Positions 9,136-18,030 of a DNA stretch of 64,000 bases are shown one piece after another. Under the pieces are notes generated by a model, which was not told the origin of the DNA, did not search any database, and was given only the letters and a program-made list of their open reading frames with translations. The position numbers and the translations under genes were made by a program. Origin of the DNA: a virus; the IMG/VR virus record IMGVR_UViG_3300034031_000046, positions 1 through 64,000 of that record; one strand, written 5' to 3'. Within the stretch, counting starts at the first letter, position 1. Each line of letters begins with the position of its first letter.

Positions 9136-10206
9136 ATGCAGCGCAAATTAGCCAGCGTCCAACGTGTCCAGGCTCTCGACCCGATTCCCAATGCAGATGC
9201 CATTGAACTGGCCCGCATCAACGGATGGCAGTGCGTCGTGAAGAAAGGAACTTTCGCCCTCCATAATCTGGGCGTCTTTCTGGAAATCGACGCAATTCCA
9301 CCGGACCATCCGGACTTTTCGTTTCTGTGGCAGCCCAAGTCTCCCCTGCCGCTCGACACTGGCGTCTGCACGCCTCGCGCGCCGCGTCCTGAGAAATTCC
9401 GCATCCGCACGATGAAACTGCGCGGCGCTCTCTCGCAAGGATTGCTCTTGCCTCTGACCGACAAGGGTGTGACCGGGCTCCTGCCCGTGAATCATTTTCT
9501 GAGTGAAGGCGACGACCTGACGGAGATGCTCGGCGTTACCAAGTGGGAGCCGCCCGCAACACAGGGAGCCGAAGCGCGCGGCAGCTTCCCCTCGTTTATT
9601 CCCAAAACGGACGAAGCACGGGTGCAGAGTGCGCCGGGAGTGCTTCTCGATATCAAGGGACTGCCGTATGCGATCACGCTTAAATATGACGGGACATCGG
9701 CCACGTATTGCATTGACCCGCGCGACGGTGAGTTTCATGCGTGCAGCCGGAACCTGTCGGTGCGTGATAGCGACAACGTGTATTGGCGTATCGCGCGCCA
9801 GTACGATCTGGAAGGTGTGCTCCGGCGCTCTCTTGGATATTACGCAATTCAGGGTGAAATCTGTGGCCCCGGCATTCAGAAGAACCCACTGGGACTGAAA
9901 GATATCGATTTCTTTGTCTTCAGTATTTATTATCTTCCGCAACACCGGTTTCTCGGTCGTCACGAGGCCGAGAACTATTGCCAGTTCAACGATCTTCGGA
10001 TGGTCGAAACAATTGAAAGAGGCGGCTCATTTAATAAGACGCAGGAAGAACTCCTACAATTGGCCGAGGGGAAATACCCAGGGACAAAGAACGAACGCGA
10101 GGGTATTGTTATCCGCCCGCTGGCCGAAACCCACAGCGAAGCATTGCAAGGGCGCTTGTCCTTCAAGGCGATTTCGAATCGTTTCCTTCTGAAAGGCGGC
10201 GAGTAG
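9136..10206 (+). CDS. ATP-dependent RNA ligase (Rnl5 / DRB0094-like, N-terminal OB domain)
   Basis: Nucleotidyltransferase motif I LKYDGTS, EGIVIRP and SFKAISNRFLLK. N-terminal KLASVQRV..NADAIELARINGWQCVVKKG is OB-like. AAGGAGAATTT-ATG start. Confidence 0.8.
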   Translation: MQRKLASVQRVQALDPIPNADAIELARINGWQCVVKKGTFALHNLGVFLEIDAIPPDHPDFSFLWQPKSPLPLDTGVCTPRAPRPEKFRIRTMKLRGALSQGLLLPLTDKGVTGLLPVNHFLSEGDDLTEMLGVTKWEPPATQGAEARGSFPSFIPKTDEARVQSAPGVLLDIKGLPYAITLKYDGTSATYCIDPRDGEFHACSRNLSVRDSDNVYWRIARQYDLEGVLRRSLGYYAIQGEICGPGIQKNPLGLKDIDFFVFSIYYLPQHRFLGRHEAENYCQFNDLRMVETIERGGSFNKTQEELLQLAEGKYPGTKNEREGIVIRPLAETHSEALQGRLSFKAISNRFLLKGGE

Positions 10207-10217
10207 AGTACGGTCGA
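10207..10217 (-). repeat. TCGACCGTACT half-site (reverse orientation)
   Basis: AGTACGGTCGA on the plus strand, intergenic, 18 nt before the ATG at 10235. Confidence 0.9.
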
Positions 10218-10234
10218 ACACGACAGGACAATTC

Positions 10235-10744
10235 ATGACGAAAACAAAAGAGCGTCTTATTCATAAGGTCAAGGGCATGTATCGTAGTGGAGTGGCGCGC
10301 GCCCTCTGCGTCGAAAAGTCATGCCCCATTGACCCAGAGATTGCCGGTTGGTCCAGAGCCGACAGCGAAGTCACCTGCTCCCAGTGCCTCAAGATGATCG
10401 CAGCGACAGATAAGGAACGCCAAAAAGGGCGCCAGTATTCCCCACGTTGCTTTGGCGGCACACAGAGCGAACTCCGCCTGCTGCGCCATCACCGCGACTT
10501 TTTAGAGTGGCGACGGGACGGCAACGCCGACAGGAACATGGAGCACGCACCCTTCTACCCTTGCTTTGCTTTCACCTATATGTGCCGCGATGAGAACGAC
10601 GACGATGTCTATCTTTCGGTTGAAGACGTGGAGAAAGATATCGAACTGCTGCGCGCAGCAGTTGCAGCGGCCAAGCAAGTCGGGCCGCAAATCGAAGGGC
10701 ACGACCACAACCGGCGCAACTCCAACAGTTGTGAGTCAAATTAA
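10235..10744 (+). CDS. hypothetical protein
   Basis: 169-aa ORF downstream of a reverse-oriented motif copy at 10207-10217. Confidence 0.55.
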   Translation: MTKTKERLIHKVKGMYRSGVARALCVEKSCPIDPEIAGWSRADSEVTCSQCLKMIAATDKERQKGRQYSPRCFGGTQSELRLLRHHRDFLEWRRDGNADRNMEHAPFYPCFAFTYMCRDENDDDVYLSVEDVEKDIELLRAAVAAAKQVGPQIEGHDHNRRNSNSCESN

Positions 10745-10755
10745 GGATCTCTCCA

Positions 10756-11316
10756 ATGAAATACCCTCTCACTCAAAAATATGCTGCGGACAACATGTCA
10801 CAGGAAGAAAAAGAACTGGCGGAAATTGACGTAGTGAAGTGGAAACGAGTCAATTATGAAGTGTATTCCAGCGATGAGGCTGGCGACATCAAGTTTTGGG
10901 TCAACGTCAATATCAAGAGCGCTCGCGACAGTCTCTATCGCCCGTTGTTGCGTCGCGTTGCAGCCTGCCTGAACCTCTGTCGCGGCCTTGCCACTCCCTT
11001 TCTGGAACAATGCGAGTGCGTCACCATCGTAAAACCGGAAATTTCAAAACTCGAAATTACTTATGAGCGGATGTACAGCGCCGCCTATATCTGGCCCTAT
11101 GGCAAGAGCACTTTTGCCGGATACATTCAGGTCAATCTCGATGCGCGCGACGGTGAACCGCAGGTTTGCTGTAATCATTCGTTGCAGAATGTAGACAGCG
11201 CGGAAGCTGTCCGAGATTTCGGTATTGCGATGCTCAAGGCGTGTGAAGTTTTCCAGCATCGCGATGAGTATTTAGCGGCTCGCGAAGAGTGGATTGCATC
11301 GACCAAACAGGATTAG
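10756..11316 (+). CDS. hypothetical protein
   Basis: 186-aa ORF with AAGGA 8 nt upstream. Confidence 0.55.
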   Translation: MKYPLTQKYAADNMSQEEKELAEIDVVKWKRVNYEVYSSDEAGDIKFWVNVNIKSARDSLYRPLLRRVAACLNLCRGLATPFLEQCECVTIVKPEISKLEITYERMYSAAYIWPYGKSTFAGYIQVNLDARDGEPQVCCNHSLQNVDSAEAVRDFGIAMLKACEVFQHRDEYLAAREEWIASTKQD

Positions 11317-11340
11317 TCCCAGACTCTCCAACTCCCCCTC

Positions 11341-11985
11341 ATGAAAACCCCGATTACTTTCAGGCCTATCGAAGCATGGCCGCGTGTCTTCTCCTCAGCG
11401 CGTGGCCGCAGTCGTTTCGATTCGACTTACGCCCAGACGCTGGAGCTTCTCGACCGCGAACTCACGAGCATCAACGCGCGCAGCGTGGTTATTCAACTGG
11501 CGCTGAGCGACTCCGATATTCGTCGTGACGGCTATCCCCGTGCCCAGGCACGCCCGTCCCACCCCGGCGTGATTCTTTCCTTCGAGCTTCGTCCCTACGG
11601 AAAACCGGTCGAACCCTACTCCATGCCCTGCGACACCTTCTCGAAGTGGGAGGAGAATCTACGCGCGATCGCGCTCACGCTTGAAGCACTGCGCAAAATC
11701 GCGCGCTACGGTGTCACGCAGAGCCACGAGCAATACAGGGGATGGGCCGCGCTGCCTCCGGCATCGGGCGACAGTGAAGAATTTTCGACGCGTGAGGATG
11801 CTGCTGCCTTCATCGCGCGCGGCGCCAACACCTCCGCCGTCGCCTCGGACCTGTTGCGCGATGCCGATAACGCGAAGGTGGTCTATCGCATTGCCATGCG
11901 CAAAATGCACCCGGATGCGGGCGGCGACGCGCGCGAGTTCCGCCGTCTGCAAAACGCGTATGCGAAGTTGACTGGAGAAAAGTAA
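11341..11985 (+). CDS. J-domain (DnaJ-like) protein
   Basis: C-terminal YRIAMRKMHPDAGGDAREFRRLQNAYAKL contains the HPD tripeptide of J domains. Confidence 0.8.
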   Translation: MKTPITFRPIEAWPRVFSSARGRSRFDSTYAQTLELLDRELTSINARSVVIQLALSDSDIRRDGYPRAQARPSHPGVILSFELRPYGKPVEPYSMPCDTFSKWEENLRAIALTLEALRKIARYGVTQSHEQYRGWAALPPASGDSEEFSTREDAAAFIARGANTSAVASDLLRDADNAKVVYRIAMRKMHPDAGGDAREFRRLQNAYAKLTGEK

Positions 11986-12411
11986 ATGCAGTTCTGTACG
12001 GGTGACTTTCTGCGGCGATGGGGCTTCGGCGACGGCGATATGCTCGATGCCTTGCTCTGGGACAACGTTCCCGGCGCTTCAGATGCAGATGTCGATATTG
12101 ATTTCGAGCATGAGGTGTTGTGCGAGGTGCTGAAAAAGCACGTCGTTCCCAAAGTCGAAAACAAGCTCACGTTGTATCGGATTGGCACCCTGCACAATCC
12201 CTTGCGAGCATCGGCTGTGGACGGGCGGGAACTGAATAAACTCAATGGCGGTGAACTTGAGGAGATTCGTGCTCGAATCCGGCCCACTGTCGTTGAAGTT
12301 CCAGACCAAGTCATTATCGAGATCGCGCGCGAGATGCTTCCGTTTCTGTTGTCGCGCCCCGTCGAACCCATTGAGCCACCTCCCCTGCCCGCGTCTGCCG
12401 CGAAGGAATAA
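11986..12411 (+). CDS. hypothetical protein
   Basis: 141 aa. ATG immediately follows the upstream TAA. Confidence 0.55.
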   Translation: MQFCTGDFLRRWGFGDGDMLDALLWDNVPGASDADVDIDFEHEVLCEVLKKHVVPKVENKLTLYRIGTLHNPLRASAVDGRELNKLNGGELEEIRARIRPTVVEVPDQVIIEIAREMLPFLLSRPVEPIEPPPLPASAAKE

Positions 12412-12417
12412 ATTCTT

Positions 12418-12798
12418 ATGCCTCGTAACATGAGTTTTATGCTCACCCAACCCCAGTGCCGCGCGCGAACCAAGACCGTCACGCGCCGCCAGAACTGGCG
12501 TCAACTCAAGCCCGGCGATATCTTCCACGGCGTGGAACGTTGTCAGGGCCTGAAGAAGGGCGAAAAGATCGTGCGCCTCTTTCGCGGGCGCTGCGTCACT
12601 AATCGGCGCGAGCCCCTTAACGCAGTTACGCCCGACGAATGCGTGCGCGAGGGCTTTCCCGAAATGACGCCCGCGCAGTTCGTGGAATTCTACTGCCTGC
12701 ACAATAAGTGCAAACCCGAGGATGAAATTTCCCGCATCGAGTTCGAATATTTGGACGATGAGCCCGCCACGGCTGATTTCGGAAGTGTCCATTTATGA
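12418..12798 (+). CDS. ASCH-domain-like protein
   Basis: KTVTRRQNWRQLKPGDIF and a later VREGF resemble the ASCH/PUA-like beta-barrel signature. Confidence 0.45.
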   Translation: MPRNMSFMLTQPQCRARTKTVTRRQNWRQLKPGDIFHGVERCQGLKKGEKIVRLFRGRCVTNRREPLNAVTPDECVREGFPEMTPAQFVEFYCLHNKCKPEDEISRIEFEYLDDEPATADFGSVHL

Positions 12799-13406
12799 AC
12801 GTCATCGTCGCTTGTGGTGCGTCGAAGCAAACCTTGCCGTGTCCTGCGGGAGAGATGTATACCGGAGGCTATCACCGTGCTTGCTTGGAATATGCGCTCA
12901 CCCTCGCGCCGCGCGAGAATGTCTTTATCCTGAGCGCGAGGTACGGTCTTCTCGCCTTGGATACGGTTATCGAGCCGTATGATCAGCGGATGAAAAGAAA
13001 CAATCCCAAGTTCTGGGCGCGTGTCTGGATACAACTGGATGAAGCTGGGGCTCACGCCTCCGAACTGGTCCTGCTCTGCGGCGCGGACTATCGGGAGCCG
13101 CTGCGGTCCCTGTGGCAGGTGAAAGGCTGGCCGGTGTCGGCTCCGCTCGAAGGTATCGGGGGAATCGGGAAACAAAAGGCGTGGCTCAAAGCACAACGGC
13201 AGAATTCAGGAGCATTTTCGCTTTCGCTGCGTTATCACCCACTCGTGGGGACACCCTCAGCCACACAGGATGCCGAACGCGTCAGCTATAATTTATCCAT
13301 GCCGCCCACCTCGTGTTATGCCGGGTGCGCTCCCCTCCAGAAATCCATCACCGACTGTGCCGCTGTTGCGTTTGCAGGGCCGTCAGAGCACAGCAGGCCC
13401 GTTTGA
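12795..13406 (+). CDS. DUF6884-like protein
   Basis: N-terminal IVACGASK..EMYTGGY..ILSARYGLLALDTVIEPYD pattern. ATGA coupling. Confidence 0.4.
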   Translation: MNVIVACGASKQTLPCPAGEMYTGGYHRACLEYALTLAPRENVFILSARYGLLALDTVIEPYDQRMKRNNPKFWARVWIQLDEAGAHASELVLLCGADYREPLRSLWQVKGWPVSAPLEGIGGIGKQKAWLKAQRQNSGAFSLSLRYHPLVGTPSATQDAERVSYNLSMPPTSCYAGCAPLQKSITDCAAVAFAGPSEHSRPV

Positions 13407-13420
13407 GTGCCTTCCCTTCA

Positions 13421-14179
13421 ATGGACTTTCAACCTTCCAGCAAGTACCAGAGTAACGACCGCGTCATGACACCAGAGCCTCTCGCGCAACAGGTCGCCGA
13501 TCATTTTCTCGCGCCCATTTCCCACCGGCTCCGCACCGCACGCTTTCTCGACTGCAGTCGGGGACAGGGCGCGTTCTGGCGGGCTTGCGCTCCGTATTTC
13601 GATGGAGGTGCCATGGACTGGTGCGAAATCGATGAGGGGCGCAATTTCCTTGAATATGACGGTCCCCGCGTCGATTACATCGTGACGAACCCACCATGGA
13701 GTCTGCTCAAAAGTAAGCGGGCCACAAAGAAAAAAGACGCGCAGCCCGGCTTCATCGAGCGCGGGTTTCAGGTCGCGAAGAACGTGATTTATCTTCTCAC
13801 CGCGAACCATGCGCTGGGACTCAAGGCGCGGTTCGATATCATGGACGGCTATGGCTTCGGTCCGCGTGAGATTCTCCTGCTCGACACGCCGCCAAAAATT
13901 ACAGGATGGCCGCAGAGCGGGTTCCAGTTGTGCGCGATGCACTGGCAGCAGGGCTACCTCGGTCCGATCATTCGCAGTGATGGACGTTCTGCCGCGCGCC
14001 TTGCTACTTCGCGACGCACTTACGCAGCCGGTCGCACACTCCAGGAGATTCCCGTCACGTTAGATATAGCCACTGCCATCGGTGGTCCGCCGTGGGACTG
14101 CAAGAAATGCTCTCGTTCAAATACGGCGGAGATGCACAGGTGCATCCGTTGCGGAGAGCCTCGACGGGGGGTTCTTTAA
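13421..14179 (+). CDS. N6-adenine DNA methyltransferase with C-terminal RanBP2-type zinc finger
   Basis: FLDCSRGQGAF (SAM motif I) and IVTNPPW (motif IV). The C-terminus WDCKKCSRSNTAEMHRCIRC fits W-x-C-x2-C-x3-N-x6-C-x2-C exactly. Confidence 0.75.
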   Translation: MDFQPSSKYQSNDRVMTPEPLAQQVADHFLAPISHRLRTARFLDCSRGQGAFWRACAPYFDGGAMDWCEIDEGRNFLEYDGPRVDYIVTNPPWSLLKSKRATKKKDAQPGFIERGFQVAKNVIYLLTANHALGLKARFDIMDGYGFGPREILLLDTPPKITGWPQSGFQLCAMHWQQGYLGPIIRSDGRSAARLATSRRTYAAGRTLQEIPVTLDIATAIGGPPWDCKKCSRSNTAEMHRCIRCGEPRRGVL

Positions 14180-14180
14180 T

Positions 14181-14456
14181 ATGAAAATTGGAACCGAGGT
14201 AATTATCACGGGACCAGTCTTGCACCCGGACAGCGCGAAGTTCATCGGGTATCACGGGACCATCGTACCATCATCGGGAACCCTTTCACCGGGCTGTGTG
14301 ACGGTGCAAACAGAGGCCGGGTGCACGCTTGCCCGTTATGTCAATGTTTCGATGGACTCACTCGCTGTTGCACCATCTGTTGCGCCGTTGACAGCTCTCA
14401 CTCTGACGGAGCAGGAGTACAAAATTGTCGTTCGAAACATTGGACGACTCGACTGA
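14181..14456 (+). CDS. hypothetical protein
   Basis: 91 aa starting MKIGTEVIITGP directly after the upstream stop. Confidence 0.5.
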   Translation: MKIGTEVIITGPVLHPDSAKFIGYHGTIVPSSGTLSPGCVTVQTEAGCTLARYVNVSMDSLAVAPSVAPLTALTLTEQEYKIVVRNIGRLD

Positions 14457-14470
14457 ACAAACCTCCAACC

Positions 14471-14480
14471 CGACCGTACT
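14471..14480 (+). repeat. CGACCGTACT core
   Basis: 10-mer core, intergenic. Confidence 0.85.
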
Positions 14481-14516
14481 ATTCGCGGTGCGAACCGCTA
14501 TTTCACTCTTTCTTTC

Positions 14517-14702
14517 ATGAACCCTACTTCCACTGTTCGCCATGGCTGGACGCTTTTTATTCTGGGTGCCCTGCTCTATGCGCTGTGTCCCGCTCCGCCC
14601 CAACTCTACCAGATTGATTTCAGCCGCTATGCGAAGTTGGCCGAACCATCCAGCCGCAGTGAACGCCGGCGCAATCGGCGCGGTGAATTTCAGCCGATCT
14701 AA
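14517..14702 (+). CDS. small putative membrane protein
   Basis: 61 aa with one hydrophobic stretch (WTLFILGALLYALC). Preceded by a motif copy at 14471. Confidence 0.35.
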   Translation: MNPTSTVRHGWTLFILGALLYALCPAPPQLYQIDFSRYAKLAEPSSRSERRRNRRGEFQPI

Positions 14703-14718
14703 TTTTTAATTCATCTCC

Positions 14719-15786
14719 ATGACACCTACAGACCACCTGAAGTGGGAACCGCAACCTCACGGCGTTTATTACGCGCACATCGGCATGGCCCCCGAAGGCG
14801 ATGCTCTCGGTATGGTCCTCGTTCGCGTGGAAAGCGGGCGTAAACCCTGCAACGGCAACGACTCGGACCCTGACGACGACTATGTCGGTGATGTGCACTG
14901 CAGTGCACAGGGCGCACCGCTGGGGGGGCAAACCGTCCAATACGCTCCGCTTGCCCATATTCTCCAGCCTGACCCCAAAGCTGCTCCTCCGGCGATACCG
15001 GGAATCAAGACGGATTCGCGGGGGCGTCACGTGATCTGGCTCCAGCCAGGACTTTACGGATATCGCTACGTCAACGAAGCGGGCAGTGCCTCGGCATGGC
15101 AGGAAATCGAAGTTGCCAAGGGACACGAAGTCGAGTGGGAATCGGTCGTCGCTGTGCCCGAAGGAGAGACAGAGTCGGGGAGCGATGATGCCGAACCGGA
15201 AACCGTGACCCGTCGCCGTGAAATCGCCTTTGTCTGTCAGGACTTGGTGCTCGACTGGCACCGCGAGGACGGAAAGGATTTCTCACTTCACGAAGCCGAA
15301 GACACAATCGCCCATATCTGCAAACGCGTGCGCGGCCTGCGCCAGGTATCGTTCGCGCGTCCGACTGTTCCATCGCTGATGATCGGGCTCCAGCGGCGCG
15401 GCCTGCCTGTCGTGGATACGATGTGGCGCGATATGGAACTCGCCGCTGCGGGCCGCAACTTCAACGCGCTCGTGAAAGCGCGGTCGATCAAACTCGTGCC
15501 CCACCCGCGCATGATTTTGCAAATCCGTCGCATTCGCGTTGAGAACCGTCGCCTCGTTCCCTCACCGGGCATCCCCTACTATCTGGCGGAAGGCGCTTTC
15601 GCCTCAGCTCACTTCGCGATACAAACCGCTGCCGCAGAAGCGCCGCGCGTCGGGTTTCCGATGCGCAATATGTCAGAAGTTCTGAAACCCGACGAAACAC
15701 GCGGGCGAGGGCTTGATGAGTGTCTGGGTGAATTGTTTGGCCGGGCCTTTGTCGAGTCCCAGAGACAGGATAATTTTTTCGGGTAA
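14719..15786 (+). CDS. hypothetical protein
   Basis: 355-aa ORF. Contains a GTGCAC-N4-GTGCAC variant at 14893. Confidence 0.6.
   Translation: MTPTDHLKWEPQPHGVYYAHIGMAPEGDALGMVLVRVESGRKPCNGNDSDPDDDYVGDVHCSAQGAPLGGQTVQYAPLAHILQPDPKAAPPAIPGIKTDSRGRHVIWLQPGLYGYRYVNEAGSASAWQEIEVAKGHEVEWESVVAVPEGETESGSDDAEPETVTRRREIAFVCQDLVLDWHREDGKDFSLHEAEDTIAHICKRVRGLRQVSFARPTVPSLMIGLQRRGLPVVDTMWRDMELAAAGRNFNALVKARSIKLVPHPRMILQIRRIRVENRRLVPSPGIPYYLAEGAFASAHFAIQTAAAEAPRVGFPMRNMSEVLKPDETRGRGLDECLGELFGRAFVESQRQDNFFG
14893..14908. promoter_or_regulatory. GTGCAC-TGCA-GTGCAC variant
   Basis: Fully palindromic variant inside CDS 14719-15786. Confidence 0.5.
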
Positions 15787-15789
15787 AAG

Positions 15790-15837
15790 AAGATGTTCCG
15801 CTATACAGTTCGTATGCTATAATGCGGCGTACATCTT
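15790..15837 (+). promoter_or_regulatory. extended -10 (TGcTATAAT at 15815-15823) inside an imperfect inverted repeat
   Basis: Arms AAGATGTTCCGC and GCGGCGTACATCTT flank the -10. Upstream of gene 15896. Confidence 0.45.
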
Positions 15838-15895
15838 GATTGCCGGAGTCGGGCGCGAGGCCCACACTGCACGGCAGCCCCCACAAGGACCGGCG

Positions 15896-16369
15896 ATGGA
15901 TACCGAAACACGGGAAACCAATACACGAGGCGCAACCCGCTATGCGGGAGCCGACTGGCTGCGCGCCAACAAGGACGTACTCAAAGAGAAACGGGACCCG
16001 AGCCCCCTCGGTGCTCTTGTCGCCGATGTCCTCGGACAGACGTGGGAGGGCATCTATCACTTGCGGAGTGACGGAATTCGAACAGCCAACTGGGCCGACC
16101 CCCACTTCGTAGAGATCTGCCTGAGCCGAAAGCTCTGCACCGTGGACGGCAATCACCTCACCCGTCTGGTCGTTCTCTGCCACGACCACGCGCTCCGCCT
16201 CGATATCCAACCATGCAACCCGAAGGCGCTGCGTCTGGTGTTCTCTCGGCGCGACCAGAGCGCCGTCGAGTACTATCGGCGCTGCCCCACTCTTGAAGAT
16301 CATGCCGCCCTGATTCGCAGCCATCTCAGCTTCAACAAGAGCCCTGCAGAATCGGACGGCTCCTCTTAG
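15896..16369 (+). CDS. hypothetical protein
   Basis: Start moved to MDTETRE, downstream of the extended -10 element at 15815-15823. Confidence 0.55.
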   Translation: MDTETRETNTRGATRYAGADWLRANKDVLKEKRDPSPLGALVADVLGQTWEGIYHLRSDGIRTANWADPHFVEICLSRKLCTVDGNHLTRLVVLCHDHALRLDIQPCNPKALRLVFSRRDQSAVEYYRRCPTLEDHAALIRSHLSFNKSPAESDGSS

Positions 16370-16412
16370 TCATACCGTTTGCGTCGTATCAATTCACAAA
16401 GGAGTTCCTCCG

Positions 16413-16646
16413 ATGAAACCACGTTTGGAAGTATTGAGCTTGATGGGCCTGATCGGTGCCGTTCGCGACGCGCGCACCCAGCAGCGCACACGCGTTACCA
16501 GCGGTCCTGCGACTGGCCTTCGCTCTCCCCGTCCCAAAGGCCGCAAGCCTCGTATCGGGGCCTCGCACCCCGGCTCGCACCATCACGCGCGCTATCTCAA
16601 GCGCGAGAAAAACCGCCGCCGCGCCCGCCTCGCTGCGGCGCGCTAA
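16413..16646 (+). CDS. small Arg/Lys-rich protein
   Basis: 77 aa and very basic. AAGGAG 8 nt upstream of the ATG. Confidence 0.4.
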   Translation: MKPRLEVLSLMGLIGAVRDARTQQRTRVTSGPATGLRSPRPKGRKPRIGASHPGSHHHARYLKREKNRRRARLAAAR

Positions 16647-16690
16647 ATCCCGCCCCAGTTTTTAAGCCCCAACACCTCACAGGAGAATTT

Positions 16691-17464
16691 ATGTCCACCG
16701 TCAAACAAGTCTCGCGCGCGAACAATCGCCGCAAGCCTCTCAAGCCCGTCTCGGTCCATGGGTCCGGCTCACGCACCGCATCTCGTCCCCGGTCCGCCGA
16801 CTTTCTCACCGGTTCCGGTGAAGTCCTTAGCAAGGGACTTGGCGGAGCCTTTACCAAAGGCGTTGATCCCGTTCAGATTATCCAGTGCACTCTCGACAAT
16901 CTGAGAAGTGAAATCGATGAACTGGAGAACACTGCAAAGAAGTGTTTCAGTCGCCTTGCCCCGGTTGCCGTGAGGGAACTTGATGATTTCTTTGATCCTA
17001 CCGAGGAGGACCCAAGTAAAGAAGCGGAGGGCGATTCCACCATTGCCCGTGTTTTCGAAGGCATCGCCGTCCGGCTCAACTTCATCGGTCGCGGCCTTGG
17101 CTATGCCGAGAACAATCTCGACTTACCGGAAACCCCTGCAGACGATGGGGACACCGGAAACGACGCATGCAAGTCGATTCAATCACGCGACACGATTATC
17201 AGTTTCCTTTCGCGCTGTAACGCGGCTGAACGCGCTGTGCGGGAGAGAATTATCGATCTGGACAGGCGTCTTCAGCCCGTTCTCCGCCCTGATAACAACG
17301 ATGAAGATGATCTCGCCTCCGAAGATGAGAGCCGCAAAATGGCGAACTCGGAAGCAGTGGAGCGCAATACCTGCGAACTGGCTGTATTGGTGGAGGGATT
17401 GACCCATCGGGTCCGTCGCACCACGCGCCATCTTGACGGCATCGTGAATCGTCTCGCAATCTAA
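16691..17464 (+). CDS. hypothetical acidic protein
   Basis: AGGAGAATTT-ATG start (MSTVKQV). The longer 16379 ORF was rejected. Confidence 0.6.
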   Translation: MSTVKQVSRANNRRKPLKPVSVHGSGSRTASRPRSADFLTGSGEVLSKGLGGAFTKGVDPVQIIQCTLDNLRSEIDELENTAKKCFSRLAPVAVRELDDFFDPTEEDPSKEAEGDSTIARVFEGIAVRLNFIGRGLGYAENNLDLPETPADDGDTGNDACKSIQSRDTIISFLSRCNAAERAVRERIIDLDRRLQPVLRPDNNDEDDLASEDESRKMANSEAVERNTCELAVLVEGLTHRVRRTTRHLDGIVNRLAI

Positions 17465-17519
17465 GGCCGCGTAACTCCGAGTTGATCGTTCCCGGTTGAT
17501 TTCTGACAGTAACCCTGCA

Positions 17520-17978
17520 ATGCCCTACCGCCATTCCCATAAGCCCCGAGAAACAACTGCCGCCCCACACCGCGTGACTCTGCGCGACCGGTGGAAGGCG
17601 TTTCGCGCGTTCCTCTGGAAGCACATCGGGCTCGTTGGAGCTTTTGGTGGGGCGAATGCAGGGTTTCTTTTCTGTTATTTGCTGCGCATGGCACCCAACC
17701 GCAGCATCTCTCTGTTTGTGTTGATGTTTATCTTTTGCGGGCTTTGTAGTTTCGTTGTTGGTGGCATTTGCACCGGGATTAAGGAAGAGCACAAGAAAGA
17801 TCAGGAGCGACAGGCGCGGCGCGGACGGGCGCTTTATCTCGTCAACGGTCACGAACTCGATTTAACCGAGGAGGAGACGCTTCAATACCTGATGGACCGC
17901 TGGCTCAACACGTTTCCGGTCGAGCTCGTGCGGCACGCCAACGAGCAGCGCCGCTTTAACCGTCTGTTCCGCGACTAG
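17520..17978 (+). CDS. membrane protein (two predicted TM helices)
   Basis: Hydrophobic segments GLVGAFGGANAGFLFCYLL and ISLFVLMFIFCGLCSFVVGGICTGI. First in-frame ATG chosen. Confidence 0.5.
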   Translation: MPYRHSHKPRETTAAPHRVTLRDRWKAFRAFLWKHIGLVGAFGGANAGFLFCYLLRMAPNRSISLFVLMFIFCGLCSFVVGGICTGIKEEHKKDQERQARRGRALYLVNGHELDLTEEETLQYLMDRWLNTFPVELVRHANEQRRFNRLFRD

Positions 17979-18030
17979 AAACGCGACGAGCAATACCGCG
18001 ATGCGCTCAACAGTAGCAGGAAAGTTTTCG

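Noticed and set aside
14719-15786. The C-terminal half of the 355-aa protein considered as the missing terminase nuclease domain.
   Set aside because: I saw only a vague resemblance and no recognisable RNase-H-like acidic triad. The gene is 2.5 kb upstream of the TerL-like gene, with unrelated genes in between.
16379-16690. The N-terminal 104-aa extension of the 361-aa ORF 16379-17464.
   Set aside because: The extension is Arg/Pro/Ser-rich. It overlaps a better small ORF with an AAGGAG RBS (16413-16646). A strong AGGAGAATTT-ATG start exists at 16691.
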